From the IMG/VR virus record IMGVR_UViG_3300042731_009106, positions 1 through 64,000 of that record: a stretch of DNA of 64,000 nucleotides. One strand, given 5' to 3'. Each line of letters begins with the position of its first letter. Position 1 is the first letter of the stretch. The translations under genes and the position numbers were made by a program. Positions 20,127 through 29,292 of this stretch are shown in pieces. The notes under the pieces are model-generated. The model ran no database searches, was not told the origin of the DNA, and saw only the letters and a program-made list of their open reading frames with translations. The stretch comes from a virus.

Positions 20127-20551
20127 TAGAAAAAAGTCAAGATTATTTTATCGTCAATTTGAATACTATTAAAATGTTTAAATCTAGCATTCTTTTGTTG
20201 TAGTGCAGCTAGAAAATCTTTATAGTGTGCTTCTGTATTAGGTATAGCAAATACTGCCCCTTCTAATTCCTGAACTGGATTATCTTTTACGAATTGATTG
20301 TAGTCAAATTCTTCGCAAGAATTAATAAAGTTTACGGTCATTTGATCTGCCGCAAACCTATCCTTTTTATACTGCCTGATAATACTGGGCCTGCAGCCAC
20401 AGTTTTCATTCTTAACAAAATTGTTTACAAAGTTTTCGGTTTCTGGGTATTTATCCAGCCAAAGCTTTCGATAACTTTCATTATTTCTAATTAAATGAAG
20501 TACAACTCCCAAAGAGTAAGCATTATAAGAAGATTCAATTTCTAGATTCAT
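20126..20551 (-). CDS. Hypothetical protein (141 aa)
   Basis: ORF coupled in the minus-strand operon; CGC motif. Confidence 0.7.
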   Translation of the reverse strand: MNLEIESSYNAYSLGVVLHLIRNNESYRKLWLDKYPETENFVNNFVKNENCGCRPSIIRQYKKDRFAADQMTVNFINSCEEFDYNQFVKDNPVQELEGAVFAIPNTEAHYKDFLAALQQKNARFKHFNSIQIDDKIILTFF

Positions 20552-20587
20552 AAATGATATTATGAATAGAAAAATAAAATTCTAAAC

Positions 20588-20896
20588 TTATTTATGTTTT
20601 TCTCTTATGTTTTTATAATAAACCCAGAGCTCTTGAATTAAATCCAGCAAAGAATCAAAGAACCAACAAAATGCAGCTACGGATAAAGGATAAAGATAAT
20701 ATTCAAATAGAAAAACATTAGTATTACAATACTCTAATAAAGCTAGTAATACACCTGCCCAAAAGCCTAAACATAAAGAGCAAGATAGAAATTCTTGTAG
20801 ATGATTGGATTTAGATTTTAGATAATTTCTTGGTACAGATAGTATATAGCTATCTTTAATTATCCAAACCAGTCCCAGACATGCTAATAATTTCAT
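20588..20896 (-). CDS. DUF1360-like membrane protein
   Basis: Hydrophobic segments with FLSCSLCLGFWAG (CxxCxxxW). Confidence 0.6.
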   Translation of the reverse strand: MKLLACLGLVWIIKDSYILSVPRNYLKSKSNHLQEFLSCSLCLGFWAGVLLALLEYCNTNVFLFEYYLYPLSVAAFCWFFDSLLDLIQELWVYYKNIREKHK

Positions 20897-21050
20897 CTAT
20901 CTTATCAACGATTTCCTGAATATTTTCTTGGGGTATAATTACCTTGCCATTATAATCATCAGTAATAATATACTCTCCATCTTTAAGCTTTATCTCTGGA
21001 CAACAACATACTGTTGGGCAGAGAGGGATGGGTTGATTAACTTTTAGCAT
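20856..21050 (-). CDS. Small Cys-motif protein, paralog of 21037..21270
   Basis: CCCPEIK...IITDDYNGKVII. Confidence 0.65.
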   Translation of the reverse strand: MLKVNQPIPLCPTVCCCPEIKLKDGEYIITDDYNGKVIIPQENIQEIVDKIDEIISMSGTGLDN

Positions 21051-21270
21051 TTAACACTTTAGATTTATTATCACCTTCAAATGTTTTTAACTGCTCAACA
21101 GCACCAGCAATTAGATTAGCTTCAGACTTATTCATTTTGACTTTATTGCCATAATCATCAGAGATCTCAACTAGACCTTCTCCATTGATTTCCACGCTAG
21201 GGCAACCAGCCTTACCGCAACACATGAATATTTTAGAACCTTCTTGTCTTAAGAAATAATTATCTTTCAT
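21037..21270 (-). CDS. Small Cys-motif protein, paralog of 20856..21050
   Basis: CCGKAGCPSVE...VEISDDYGNKVKM. Confidence 0.65.
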   Translation of the reverse strand: MKDNYFLRQEGSKIFMCCGKAGCPSVEINGEGLVEISDDYGNKVKMNKSEANLIAGAVEQLKTFEGDNKSKVLNAKS

Positions 21271-22351
21271 TTTTAATAACCTCCATTAATTTGTTTAAAG
21301 TATTTTTATAAGTAAAATCTTTCTGTAATAATACACCTTTTTCGTTATGAGTTTTTGCTAATTTTTCAGATTTTTCAAAAGCTTCTATCATTGATTCTTC
21401 GGAAATTTCATTCATATTACCTTGATTAAAAGGGGCACCTTTTTGAAAAAATGAACCATCATATATTTCTACAGAGATTTCTGGATCAATCAAGATAGAG
21501 TTATCTTCATTAGCCCAATCTTTATGTGACGTATGATTCATAACTATACTCCATTTACCTAGTGCAGTAGCATTAAAAGCTGGCAAATTCCACCCTTCAG
21601 CTCCACTAAGGCCAGTGAGATCAATGTCAATAGCATTAATAAATTCATTTACTTCTGAATTTGTTTTTAAGTGAGGAATGAAATTAATATTTCCATATTG
21701 CTTGCCTTCTAGAACTTGAGCAATAATTTGATTCATTTGCTCTGGCTTAAAGAAGGGGTTAGAAACACAGCATGAAAGTTGATATTTATAATTATTACCA
21801 TACTTTTTAGCCCATGCTTTAATTATCTTTTCCGTATTTTTGCGTTTTTCGAATTTACCCATTAACCCAAAATGAATTTTATCAGGAAGATAGGAATCTT
21901 CGGATGATACCAAATCTTCATCGAACCCAATTGGAACATGATGGACATTCTCGCATCCTAAATTCTTAAAACACTCATAGGCGTGCTTGCTAGCAAAAAC
22001 ACAATTATCTTGAAGATCTACAATAGACTTTTCAACTAAAGTAGGTTGATCTGTTTCGTAAAAAGTGAACAAAGTTTGAACTGGTGATATTCTGTTTTCC
22101 GAACCATTAATGTGCCATTGAGAAAGAGTGTGATCCTCCTTGCTTAAAATGTGGTATCTATTTCTAGCACTATCAATAACCCAGTTCTTGAAATCATCAT
22201 CAGCCTTATCAAAAGCATCAAAATTTACTTGATCCCCTTGAGGAAAAAAAGCTATAGTTAATTCTTGCTTATACATTTCTCTTAGCAAGTTATAACTAAC
22301 ATTGCCAAAGCTTAACGAGTTTACGGCTCCTCTGTAAATAATTTTATCCAT
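21260..22351 (-). CDS. GT-B (GT4-like) glycosyltransferase
   Basis: FGLMGKFEKRKN; GLSGAEGWNLPAFNATALGK. Confidence 0.75.
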   Translation of the reverse strand: MDKIIYRGAVNSLSFGNVSYNLLREMYKQELTIAFFPQGDQVNFDAFDKADDDFKNWVIDSARNRYHILSKEDHTLSQWHINGSENRISPVQTLFTFYETDQPTLVEKSIVDLQDNCVFASKHAYECFKNLGCENVHHVPIGFDEDLVSSEDSYLPDKIHFGLMGKFEKRKNTEKIIKAWAKKYGNNYKYQLSCCVSNPFFKPEQMNQIIAQVLEGKQYGNINFIPHLKTNSEVNEFINAIDIDLTGLSGAEGWNLPAFNATALGKWSIVMNHTSHKDWANEDNSILIDPEISVEIYDGSFFQKGAPFNQGNMNEISEESMIEAFEKSEKLAKTHNEKGVLLQKDFTYKNTLNKLMEVIKNER

Positions 22352-22353
22352 GA

Positions 22354-22788
22354 TTAAAAAGGTACATCTGCTAGATCATCATAATCTTCGTCATCAGTAT
22401 TTTCTATTTTTTCTTCAACTTTTTTAATTTGCTCCCTCTCCGATTTACTTGATGATTGATTAGAAGATTGATTTTCTTCCCCTGCTAGGAAGCTAACCCT
22501 ATCAGCAACACAAATAAGTTTGCTGAATTTTTTACCATTCTTCTCCCAAGAATTTGATTTTAGTTTTCCATCAATAGCAACTTTCTTACCTTTGGATAAA
22601 AACTTTACACAATTCTCTGCTTGTCTACTCCAAGTCTCAACATCGATAAACATCGTGTTTTGCTTTTTCTCTCCATCTACATAGTAGAATTCATTAATTG
22701 CAATTGAAAAATTGCATACCTTAGACTTACCAACATCCCTGCATACTGGATCTTGAGTAAGATTTCCTATAGCTGTATATCTATTCAT
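22354..22788 (-). CDS. ssb: Single-stranded DNA-binding protein
   Basis: MNRYTAIGNLTQDP...FSIAIN...FIDVETW..QAENCVKFLSKGKKVAIDGKL; acidic tail ending DVPF. Confidence 0.95.
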   Translation of the reverse strand: MNRYTAIGNLTQDPVCRDVGKSKVCNFSIAINEFYYVDGEKKQNTMFIDVETWSRQAENCVKFLSKGKKVAIDGKLKSNSWEKNGKKFSKLICVADRVSFLAGEENQSSNQSSSKSEREQIKKVEEKIENTDDEDYDDLADVPF

Positions 22789-23396
22789 TTTGTAATCTCT
22801 CTCTTAATTTTGTGTTTAAAAAATTCTATAGCATTATCGTGTATATTAATGCAACCTTGTATACTCATGCCGAGTTTCTTGCTTACATTTTTCCACGGCA
22901 TTACTCCGTTTTTTTGACCCTGTATATATCTAAGGTTAAATATTTGACCAACTCTTTTGTCAGGATGCTTGTTAGCATGATTGATAATAGTACTAAATAT
23001 TTCACTCTTATCTTCGTCAATAGAGTCGTTTTTATCTTTAGCTGAATAACTCAAATAATTGATTGTAGACTCTTCTACTGGAATTGTCTTTTTACGCTTC
23101 CCACTATTATATATATTTAAACACTTCCATTTAATCTCGTTACCAAGATAAGTGCTAAATTTAGATCCCTTATTTGGGTTATACTTTAGTGCGGAATGAT
23201 ATATTTGATAATCCTTTTCCTGTATAAGTTCTTGCCTTAGACTATCATTGTGATGTTTAGAGACGTAACCGTTTATCAAATCAATACATAAACCTGAATG
23301 CCTATCTATTAATATAGATAAACATTCCTCAGTATTATTTCCAACTTGAATCTTTTTAACTAAGTCTTCGTCTTTCATTTCGTAGTAGTTATTCAT
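22785..23396 (-). CDS. Phage-encoded sigma70-family RNA polymerase sigma factor
   Basis: Region 2 (ELIQE...SALKYNPNKGSKFSTYL..EIKW) and region 4 HTH (IFNLRY...PWKNVSKKLGMSIQGCINIH). Confidence 0.85.
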   Translation of the reverse strand: MNNYYEMKDEDLVKKIQVGNNTEECLSILIDRHSGLCIDLINGYVSKHHNDSLRQELIQEKDYQIYHSALKYNPNKGSKFSTYLGNEIKWKCLNIYNSGKRKKTIPVEESTINYLSYSAKDKNDSIDEDKSEIFSTIINHANKHPDKRVGQIFNLRYIQGQKNGVMPWKNVSKKLGMSIQGCINIHDNAIEFFKHKIKREITK

Positions 23397-23932
23397 TTTC
23401 CTGTGCTCCCAAATCCATTTTCTCCTCTTTCACTTTCAGAAAGAGCATCTACATAGTTTATACTAATTTCGTTATGTTTGCAAGGAATTAATTGAGCAAT
23501 TTTATCACCTTCATGATAAACCCTTTGAGGGTTTATAGAAGTAACAACACCACTAGCCTTTTTCCCAGACATATTTTTACCTTCAACAACTCTCATGTCC
23601 TCTGGTTGAGGTATGTACTTGAAACAAACCTTAATATTACCTCGATAACCAGAATCAATTACTCCCACGGAGTTACATAAAACTAAATTTGTTTTATTAA
23701 TGCTTGATCTTGGATAAAGAAGCATATAAAATTCATACTCACCGTTAAGCTTTTCTGGTTCAATTCTGATTTCAGTATCATACTCTATTTGGTGTATAGC
23801 TGTATAGTATATACCTTGATATATAGAACCAACTACTCTAGGTTCATTTATTGCTACTATATCATAACCTGCATCACCGCTTTTAGCTGGAGTATTGACA
23901 ACTCCGTAATTTTTTAGTATATTAAGTTTCAT
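23393..23932 (-). CDS. dut: Trimeric dUTPase
   Basis: Motifs AGYDI, PRSS, GVIDSGYRG, AQL, RGENGFGSTG. Confidence 0.95.
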   Translation of the reverse strand: MKLNILKNYGVVNTPAKSGDAGYDIVAINEPRVVGSIYQGIYYTAIHQIEYDTEIRIEPEKLNGEYEFYMLLYPRSSINKTNLVLCNSVGVIDSGYRGNIKVCFKYIPQPEDMRVVEGKNMSGKKASGVVTSINPQRVYHEGDKIAQLIPCKHNEISINYVDALSESERGENGFGSTGK

Positions 23933-24204
23933 TTTGTAATTTTTTTAAATTCTTCGGATATGGAAGTTAACCCAAGTTGACTCATGATCTCATGAGTGAG
24001 AACAAATTCAGCTTTATCAATAATGTCTTTTTCAGCAAACCTTTTTTCATTAACCATAATCACTGTTGACATAGTAAGTTTTTTTTGGAATTTAGAAAAA
24101 GCCATAAGTACAGCGGATAATACAGCTCTCTTAGGACCAAGATGATCTACTTCAATTTCCCAGCCTCCAGAAGAAACAATATAGGATCTAAGTTTATTAT
24201 TCAT
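23929..24204 (-). CDS. Hypothetical protein (start revised to ATG 24204)
   Basis: The track start at 24213 overlaps the -10 box; the next ATG gives MNNKLRSY. Confidence 0.65.
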   Translation of the reverse strand: MNNKLRSYIVSSGGWEIEVDHLGPKRAVLSAVLMAFSKFQKKLTMSTVIMVNEKRFAEKDIIDKAEFVLTHEIMSQLGLTSISEEFKKITK

Positions 24205-24211
24205 GGTTAGC

Positions 24212-24240
24212 ATTATAGCAATAAAAAATGTTTAAGTCAA
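24212..24240 (-). promoter_or_regulatory. sigma70 promoter for the leftward dut-sigma-ssb operon
   Basis: TTGACT-17 nt-TATAAT on the minus strand; predicted +1 about 1 nt before ATG 24204. Confidence 0.8.
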
Positions 24241-24315
24241 GTTGTTTTTTTACTATCTCAAATAAAATACTACGTATTTTAATATTATTTTATATTTAAC
24301 AATATATTATTAAAG

Positions 24316-24343
24316 TAGACATCTATATATATTGCTTTATAAT
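24316..24343 (+). promoter_or_regulatory. Possible sigma70 promoter for the rightward GT operon
   Basis: TAGACA-16 nt-TATAAT in a very AT-rich divergent gap. Confidence 0.45.
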
Positions 24344-24388
24344 ACATAATTACTATTATATATAAAAGTACTATTACGTCAAGAAAAA

Positions 24389-25228
24389 ATGCGCATTTCA
24401 ATATTTAGTTTATTTAGGGATTCGGAGAGCTACATCAAGAGAGCATTAAAGCAATTTAATGATTTAGAAAAAAATACAGATGCAGAGTTTAGTTATTATT
24501 TCTATGAAAATGATTCTGCCGACAAAACTCCATCAATTCTAAAAAGATGGATGAGCAAGAAAGATGGCGCTTTAAAATGTGATAAGATAAACAATCAATC
24601 CTTTGGCTCTGACTTAAGGCCAGAAAGAATGATTCATTTAAGTAAATGCAGAAACTTAATGCAAGCACTTGATGATTCCAGAGATTCTGATTTTACAGCG
24701 ATTGTAGATAGTGATGTAATTTTTTCAAAAAGTATTATTAATCAATTTTTAAAATATACAGACTTGGATTTTTCGATGCTCACATCAAACATCAGACAAG
24801 ATATACCTTGCAAAATGGGTTCAGGAAAACCTGACTCATATTATGATAGCTCAATCCTAGTTGACAAACATGAAGTTCAGGGAATGACATGGAGCTACAA
24901 CCCATTCTACGAGCCTAGAGATAGAGATTTATTCAATCAAAATAAACCTATTGAAGTAACTTCCGCTTTTGGTAGCTTCGCTTTTCTTCGTACTGAAACT
25001 TTTCATAAATGCAAATGGAACTCTAATGGAGAGTCTGAGCATTTCAGTTTTTGCAGGGACCTAAATCGCTATGGTAAAATATACCTAATTCCAGAAATTC
25101 AACCCTTAGTAGAGGTCGATCAAAAAAACTTTCCACATGAAACCGAAGTCATAAAAACTCAAAAATGGCTATCCGAAAGTAAATGGAATAGGTTTTTATG
25201 GAAAAGTGGATCAGTTAGGGTAACATAA
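24389..25228 (+). CDS. GT-A fold glycosyltransferase
   Basis: FYENDSADKT; IVDSDV (DxD); SAFGSFAF; EHFSFC. Confidence 0.75.
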   Translation: MRISIFSLFRDSESYIKRALKQFNDLEKNTDAEFSYYFYENDSADKTPSILKRWMSKKDGALKCDKINNQSFGSDLRPERMIHLSKCRNLMQALDDSRDSDFTAIVDSDVIFSKSIINQFLKYTDLDFSMLTSNIRQDIPCKMGSGKPDSYYDSSILVDKHEVQGMTWSYNPFYEPRDRDLFNQNKPIEVTSAFGSFAFLRTETFHKCKWNSNGESEHFSFCRDLNRYGKIYLIPEIQPLVEVDQKNFPHETEVIKTQKWLSESKWNRFLWKSGSVRVT

Positions 25229-25230
25229 TT

Positions 25231-26022
25231 ATGAATATGGAATTATACTTTCAAGATATAAAAACAAAAATAGTTGACTGTGAAGTTGCAGCCAGACTTT
25301 TATTAATACATAAAGAATCTATATGTAGCCAAATTACTCAACACGGATGCTGGGAACCTTGGTTAGTTTATCTTTACCACCACATGATCAAGGAAGATTT
25401 TATCTGTGCTGATGTCGGTGCAAATATTGGATACCATACAGTCCACATGGCTAAGTTATGCAAGGGAGGCAAGGTTTATGCCTTTGAGCCTCAAACCAAC
25501 ATATTCAATATCTTATCCACCAACATTCTTTTTAATAATTTAAGTAATAATGTTAATCACTATCGCTATGCCCTATCAAATAGAGCTGAAAAAATGCAAT
25601 TCAACCCCATCGAAGAATGCAAAGAAAAAGATTCCGAATTACTTAATTGGGGTGGCAGAAAAATTGTAGAAGATGGCGAAGGAGAAGGTTCTATTACTAC
25701 TACTAGATTTGACTCACTCAAGTTAACTAAATTAGATTTCCTAAAATTAGACATTGAAGGTTTTGAATTAAATTTCTTCAAAGGTGCCAGAAAAACAATT
25801 TCATCGAATTTACCTATTATATTTTTTGAGAACTTAGCATGGGAAAAGGGTAGGAAAGATGATAAAAAAGTCATAAAACTCTTAAAGCGCTTAGGTTATA
25901 AAGTTTTCAGAAGTTTAGTTACTGAATATAAAGAAGACTGCATTGCTTTACATCCAGACAAACATGACGAAGCCTTGACATTTTTACATACTCAAGAAGA
26001 ATTTAAATTCCAAGAAGAATGA
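25231..26022 (+). CDS. FkbM-family methyltransferase
   Basis: ADVGANIGYH; VYAFEP; LKLDIEGFE. Confidence 0.9.
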   Translation: MNMELYFQDIKTKIVDCEVAARLLLIHKESICSQITQHGCWEPWLVYLYHHMIKEDFICADVGANIGYHTVHMAKLCKGGKVYAFEPQTNIFNILSTNILFNNLSNNVNHYRYALSNRAEKMQFNPIEECKEKDSELLNWGGRKIVEDGEGEGSITTTRFDSLKLTKLDFLKLDIEGFELNFFKGARKTISSNLPIIFFENLAWEKGRKDDKKVIKLLKRLGYKVFRSLVTEYKEDCIALHPDKHDEALTFLHTQEEFKFQEE

Positions 26023-26648
26023 ATTTCACAATAAGTTATGCAGTCACTGCTTGCGACGAACACAAAGAACTAAATAAACTTTTATTATTTCTTACCACCC
26101 ACAAAAGAGAGCAAGATGAAATACTAGTTCAATTAGATAAAAGTAAATCTAGTCAAAAAATTAAAGATTTAATTAATGAATTTAAAATAAATTTTATTGA
26201 ATTTGATTTAAATAATGACTTCGCCGCATTTAAAAATAATTTAAAGAGCAAATGTAAAGGTGATTATATTTTTCAAATTGACGCAGATGAAATACCTGCG
26301 GATGAAACAGTCATGAACTTAGACAAAATACTCGAAGCTAATTTAGATGTTGATTTATTTTTATTACCTAGAGTAAATATTGTGAACGGTCTCACAGAAC
26401 AACATAAAGAAAAATGGAATTGGACAACAAACGAACAAAATTGGGTTAATTGGCCAGACTATCAAGCCAGAATCATCAAAAACAATTTTAATATAAAATG
26501 GAAAAACAAAGTGCACGAGCAAATTATTGGCGCAACGACTGGAGTTCAATTTCCAGCAAATTTGGATTATGCCTTAATGCACATCAAAGATATCAATAGA
26601 CAGGAAAAACAAAATGCTAAATACGAATCCATAGAAAATGGCAAATAA
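26019..26648 (+). CDS. GT2-family glycosyltransferase
   Basis: DFAAFKN...YIFQIDADE; WPDYQARI; VHEQI. Confidence 0.85.
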   Translation: MNFTISYAVTACDEHKELNKLLLFLTTHKREQDEILVQLDKSKSSQKIKDLINEFKINFIEFDLNNDFAAFKNNLKSKCKGDYIFQIDADEIPADETVMNLDKILEANLDVDLFLLPRVNIVNGLTEQHKEKWNWTTNEQNWVNWPDYQARIIKNNFNIKWKNKVHEQIIGATTGVQFPANLDYALMHIKDINRQEKQNAKYESIENGK

Positions 26649-27342
26649 CTTACCAGACAATAATGTCAAAGAAATTTTAAATTTATTAGAAAGCAGCACT
26701 CCTTTTGCTTTTACTAGATTTAATGATGGTGAGGTGGGAGGCATAGATAACCCTAAACACATTGCCGCACGAGGAGATCAACCTGTTAACTTAAGTCTTC
26801 ATAAAAAATTAATCGAATGCATATCACACAAACAGAAAAACTATTTAGTTGGAGTTCCGTGTTCAATTTGCTTTCCACACTATGCAAAGGTAGCCAATGA
26901 TCTAGTTGGTGATTATGAACATAAAACATTAGCCGTTTCATTAACGAATCGAAATTGGAAATACTGGTTAGATAACTGTGAGTCAGCCCTTAAGGGTAAG
27001 AGTATTTTTTGGATTGGCGGCAACGATCAAGATGTAAACAAGATACCTTACTTTTCTGCAGATAAAGTCGCTTTATACCCAAGAAGAAATACTTGGGCTG
27101 TTTACCAACAAATACATGATGAATGCTTTGAGGCTTCCAAAGATTTTGATATCACTTTTATCAGCCTTGGCCCTACTGCTAGAATATTAGCTTGCGAGTG
27201 GTTCAAGGAGAATCCTAATTCAACATATATAGATATTGGCTCAACCTTCGATCCATTTACTAGAAATGTTTTTCACAATTGTCATCTTGGTTGGGCTCAA
27301 ACAGGATTCAATAAAACCAAACCTTGTGCTGAATGTAATTAA
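26638..27342 (+). CDS. GT-D fold (DUF1792-like) glycosyltransferase
   Basis: FTRFNDGE; SLGPTARILA; IDIGS. Confidence 0.75.
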   Translation: MANNLPDNNVKEILNLLESSTPFAFTRFNDGEVGGIDNPKHIAARGDQPVNLSLHKKLIECISHKQKNYLVGVPCSICFPHYAKVANDLVGDYEHKTLAVSLTNRNWKYWLDNCESALKGKSIFWIGGNDQDVNKIPYFSADKVALYPRRNTWAVYQQIHDECFEASKDFDITFISLGPTARILACEWFKENPNSTYIDIGSTFDPFTRNVFHNCHLGWAQTGFNKTKPCAECN

Positions 27343-27899
27343 TGAAGATCATATCTCAGTATTTCAATATAGGCAAAAGTAGAGAATTTGAAAAAAAAGC
27401 TCTTAATTTTGAAAAAAATTTAAATAAATTAAACTTTACAGATTACTTAATTTCTAATGAAACTAACGCAATGAATTCTTTTTCAAAAAAAAGAATGCCA
27501 AAGGTTATCCCAAGACGATGGAATAATAGATACATACCTACTTTCATTCTTAACACCATTCAACAGTATAAAGTTGACGTCTTGTATGTTCATATTGATG
27601 GTGTTTTTCGGTTTATACCTGATATTGAAATGTTTGACGATTACGACATTTGTGTCTCAAAAGGTAAAGATCTATCCTTAGTTAAAGATAACATATTAAT
27701 GTCACCTGTTTTTTTTCGTTACTCAGATTATTCAATTAAATTTATTGAAGAGTGGATTGAACTATGTAAAGTTAGGACTGAAAATTGGACTGAACATGAT
27801 TACTTCAAAGAGTTGATTGAGTCGGGCAGATATAGACATAAAGTTATAGAAGGTTTAGGTAGTCGCAACCCCCGGTGTGAAACAGCTTTTCATTTTTAG
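27342..27899 (+). CDS. Putative nucleotide-diphospho-sugar transferase (GT-A like)
   Basis: PTFIL...DVLYVHIDG...VFFR...FIEEW...EHD pattern. Confidence 0.5.
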   Translation: MKIISQYFNIGKSREFEKKALNFEKNLNKLNFTDYLISNETNAMNSFSKKRMPKVIPRRWNNRYIPTFILNTIQQYKVDVLYVHIDGVFRFIPDIEMFDDYDICVSKGKDLSLVKDNILMSPVFFRYSDYSIKFIEEWIELCKVRTENWTEHDYFKELIESGRYRHKVIEGLGSRNPRCETAFHF

Positions 27900-27901
27900 T
27901 T

Positions 27902-28624
27902 ATGAGAAAAATATTAGTTATAGCTATAGCTAGATCGGGACATCATGCTTTCATGCATTGGGTCTGCTCTCAATTAGATGGTGCAACAGTTTTTCATAAC
28001 AACTGCAATCATTTACTTGAAGATAGGGGTAAAACTTTTTATGGTAAAGGTGTCACAAAGAACCTAGTGTATAGTTTTGAAAATTTTGACCTCAATGGAT
28101 TTAAAGATTATTTCCAAGAAAACCCTTTCGATGAAGTAATTATTTTCAACAGAGACCCTTATAATTTATTTGCTAGTAGTTTGAAGATTGGGGGAAATTT
28201 ATCTATAATAGACAAACCCTTTTATTCAAGTCAAGATAAGATAAAATATAAAGACTATCACTGCGCATCTCTATCAAGGTTAGATTTATTTTTTCAATAC
28301 ATGGAGCAAAGCTTAAAAGAAAAAGATTATCTTGGAGTTCCCTTTATTGATGTTAGCTACAACGAATGGTTTTCTAGCATGGAATACAGAAAATTAATTT
28401 GTCAAAAGCTTAATTTAAATTTTTCAGACAAAGGCAAAGAAGATGTATCTAAATTTGGAAACGGAAGCAGTTTTGACCTTAATAGCAAAAACGGTGACGC
28501 TAGCTCTATGAATGTTTTATCTAGATGGAAGTCATTCTTAGGTCATCCTAAATTCAACAAAATTATAAGCAATAAAAAAATTCCTTATTATTCTAAAAAA
28601 TATTTTAACCTCCAAATCAAATGA
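27902..28624 (+). CDS. Sulfotransferase-like protein
   Basis: IAIARSGHHAF (5'PSB-like loop); RDPYNLFAS (3'PB); YNEW. Confidence 0.65.
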   Translation: MRKILVIAIARSGHHAFMHWVCSQLDGATVFHNNCNHLLEDRGKTFYGKGVTKNLVYSFENFDLNGFKDYFQENPFDEVIIFNRDPYNLFASSLKIGGNLSIIDKPFYSSQDKIKYKDYHCASLSRLDLFFQYMEQSLKEKDYLGVPFIDVSYNEWFSSMEYRKLICQKLNLNFSDKGKEDVSKFGNGSSFDLNSKNGDASSMNVLSRWKSFLGHPKFNKIISNKKIPYYSKKYFNLQIK

Positions 28625-29292
28625 ACGCTATATCACTAATATCAATCGGCAGAGATGATTACTTAAAATATTGTTTACCTTCAGTAGAAAAATACTGTGA
28701 AAAATTTAATGTCAATCTTGAATTAATCCAAACAAAAAAATGGAACTTTCAGAAAAAAGGTAACTATAATTTTATAAATTTCGAAAAGAATCAAACTTAT
28801 GATTTGTTTGATAAATACGATAAAGTATTGAGGGTTGACTCTGATGTAATATTTACTCCTTCTTGCCCAGATTTATTTAAATTAGATTCAGATTTTATTT
28901 ATGGCGTCAGGGAAGATGTTGACTCCAGAAAACCAGCGAGATTACAACAGATTAAAATTTCCCAAAAAAGTCTAGGCTCAATAGATGGCTGGAATGAAGT
29001 TTATTTAAACAGTGGAATTATATTATGCTCTTCCAAACATAAAGAAATGTATAATATATCAAAACATTTAAATCAAATTAAAAATGTAGAACTTGGTCCA
29101 TATAAAGAGCAGACTTTTCTTAATTGGAAGATCAACAGCCTTGGCCATAAAGTTAAATGCTTAGACTATAGGTATAATCACATGTCCATGTTTGAGCAAG
29201 ATATCAAAGATTCTTTCATAATACATTATGCGGGAGAGCAGGGCCCTAAAGCTGGAAACATGAGTAGAGATTATAAGTTTTTTTATGGCTAA
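28621..29292 (+). CDS. GT8-like glycosyltransferase
   Basis: LRVDSDV; YLNSGII; EQTFLN; IIHYAG. Confidence 0.8.
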   Translation: MNAISLISIGRDDYLKYCLPSVEKYCEKFNVNLELIQTKKWNFQKKGNYNFINFEKNQTYDLFDKYDKVLRVDSDVIFTPSCPDLFKLDSDFIYGVREDVDSRKPARLQQIKISQKSLGSIDGWNEVYLNSGIILCSSKHKEMYNISKHLNQIKNVELGPYKEQTFLNWKINSLGHKVKCLDYRYNHMSMFEQDIKDSFIIHYAGEQGPKAGNMSRDYKFFYG

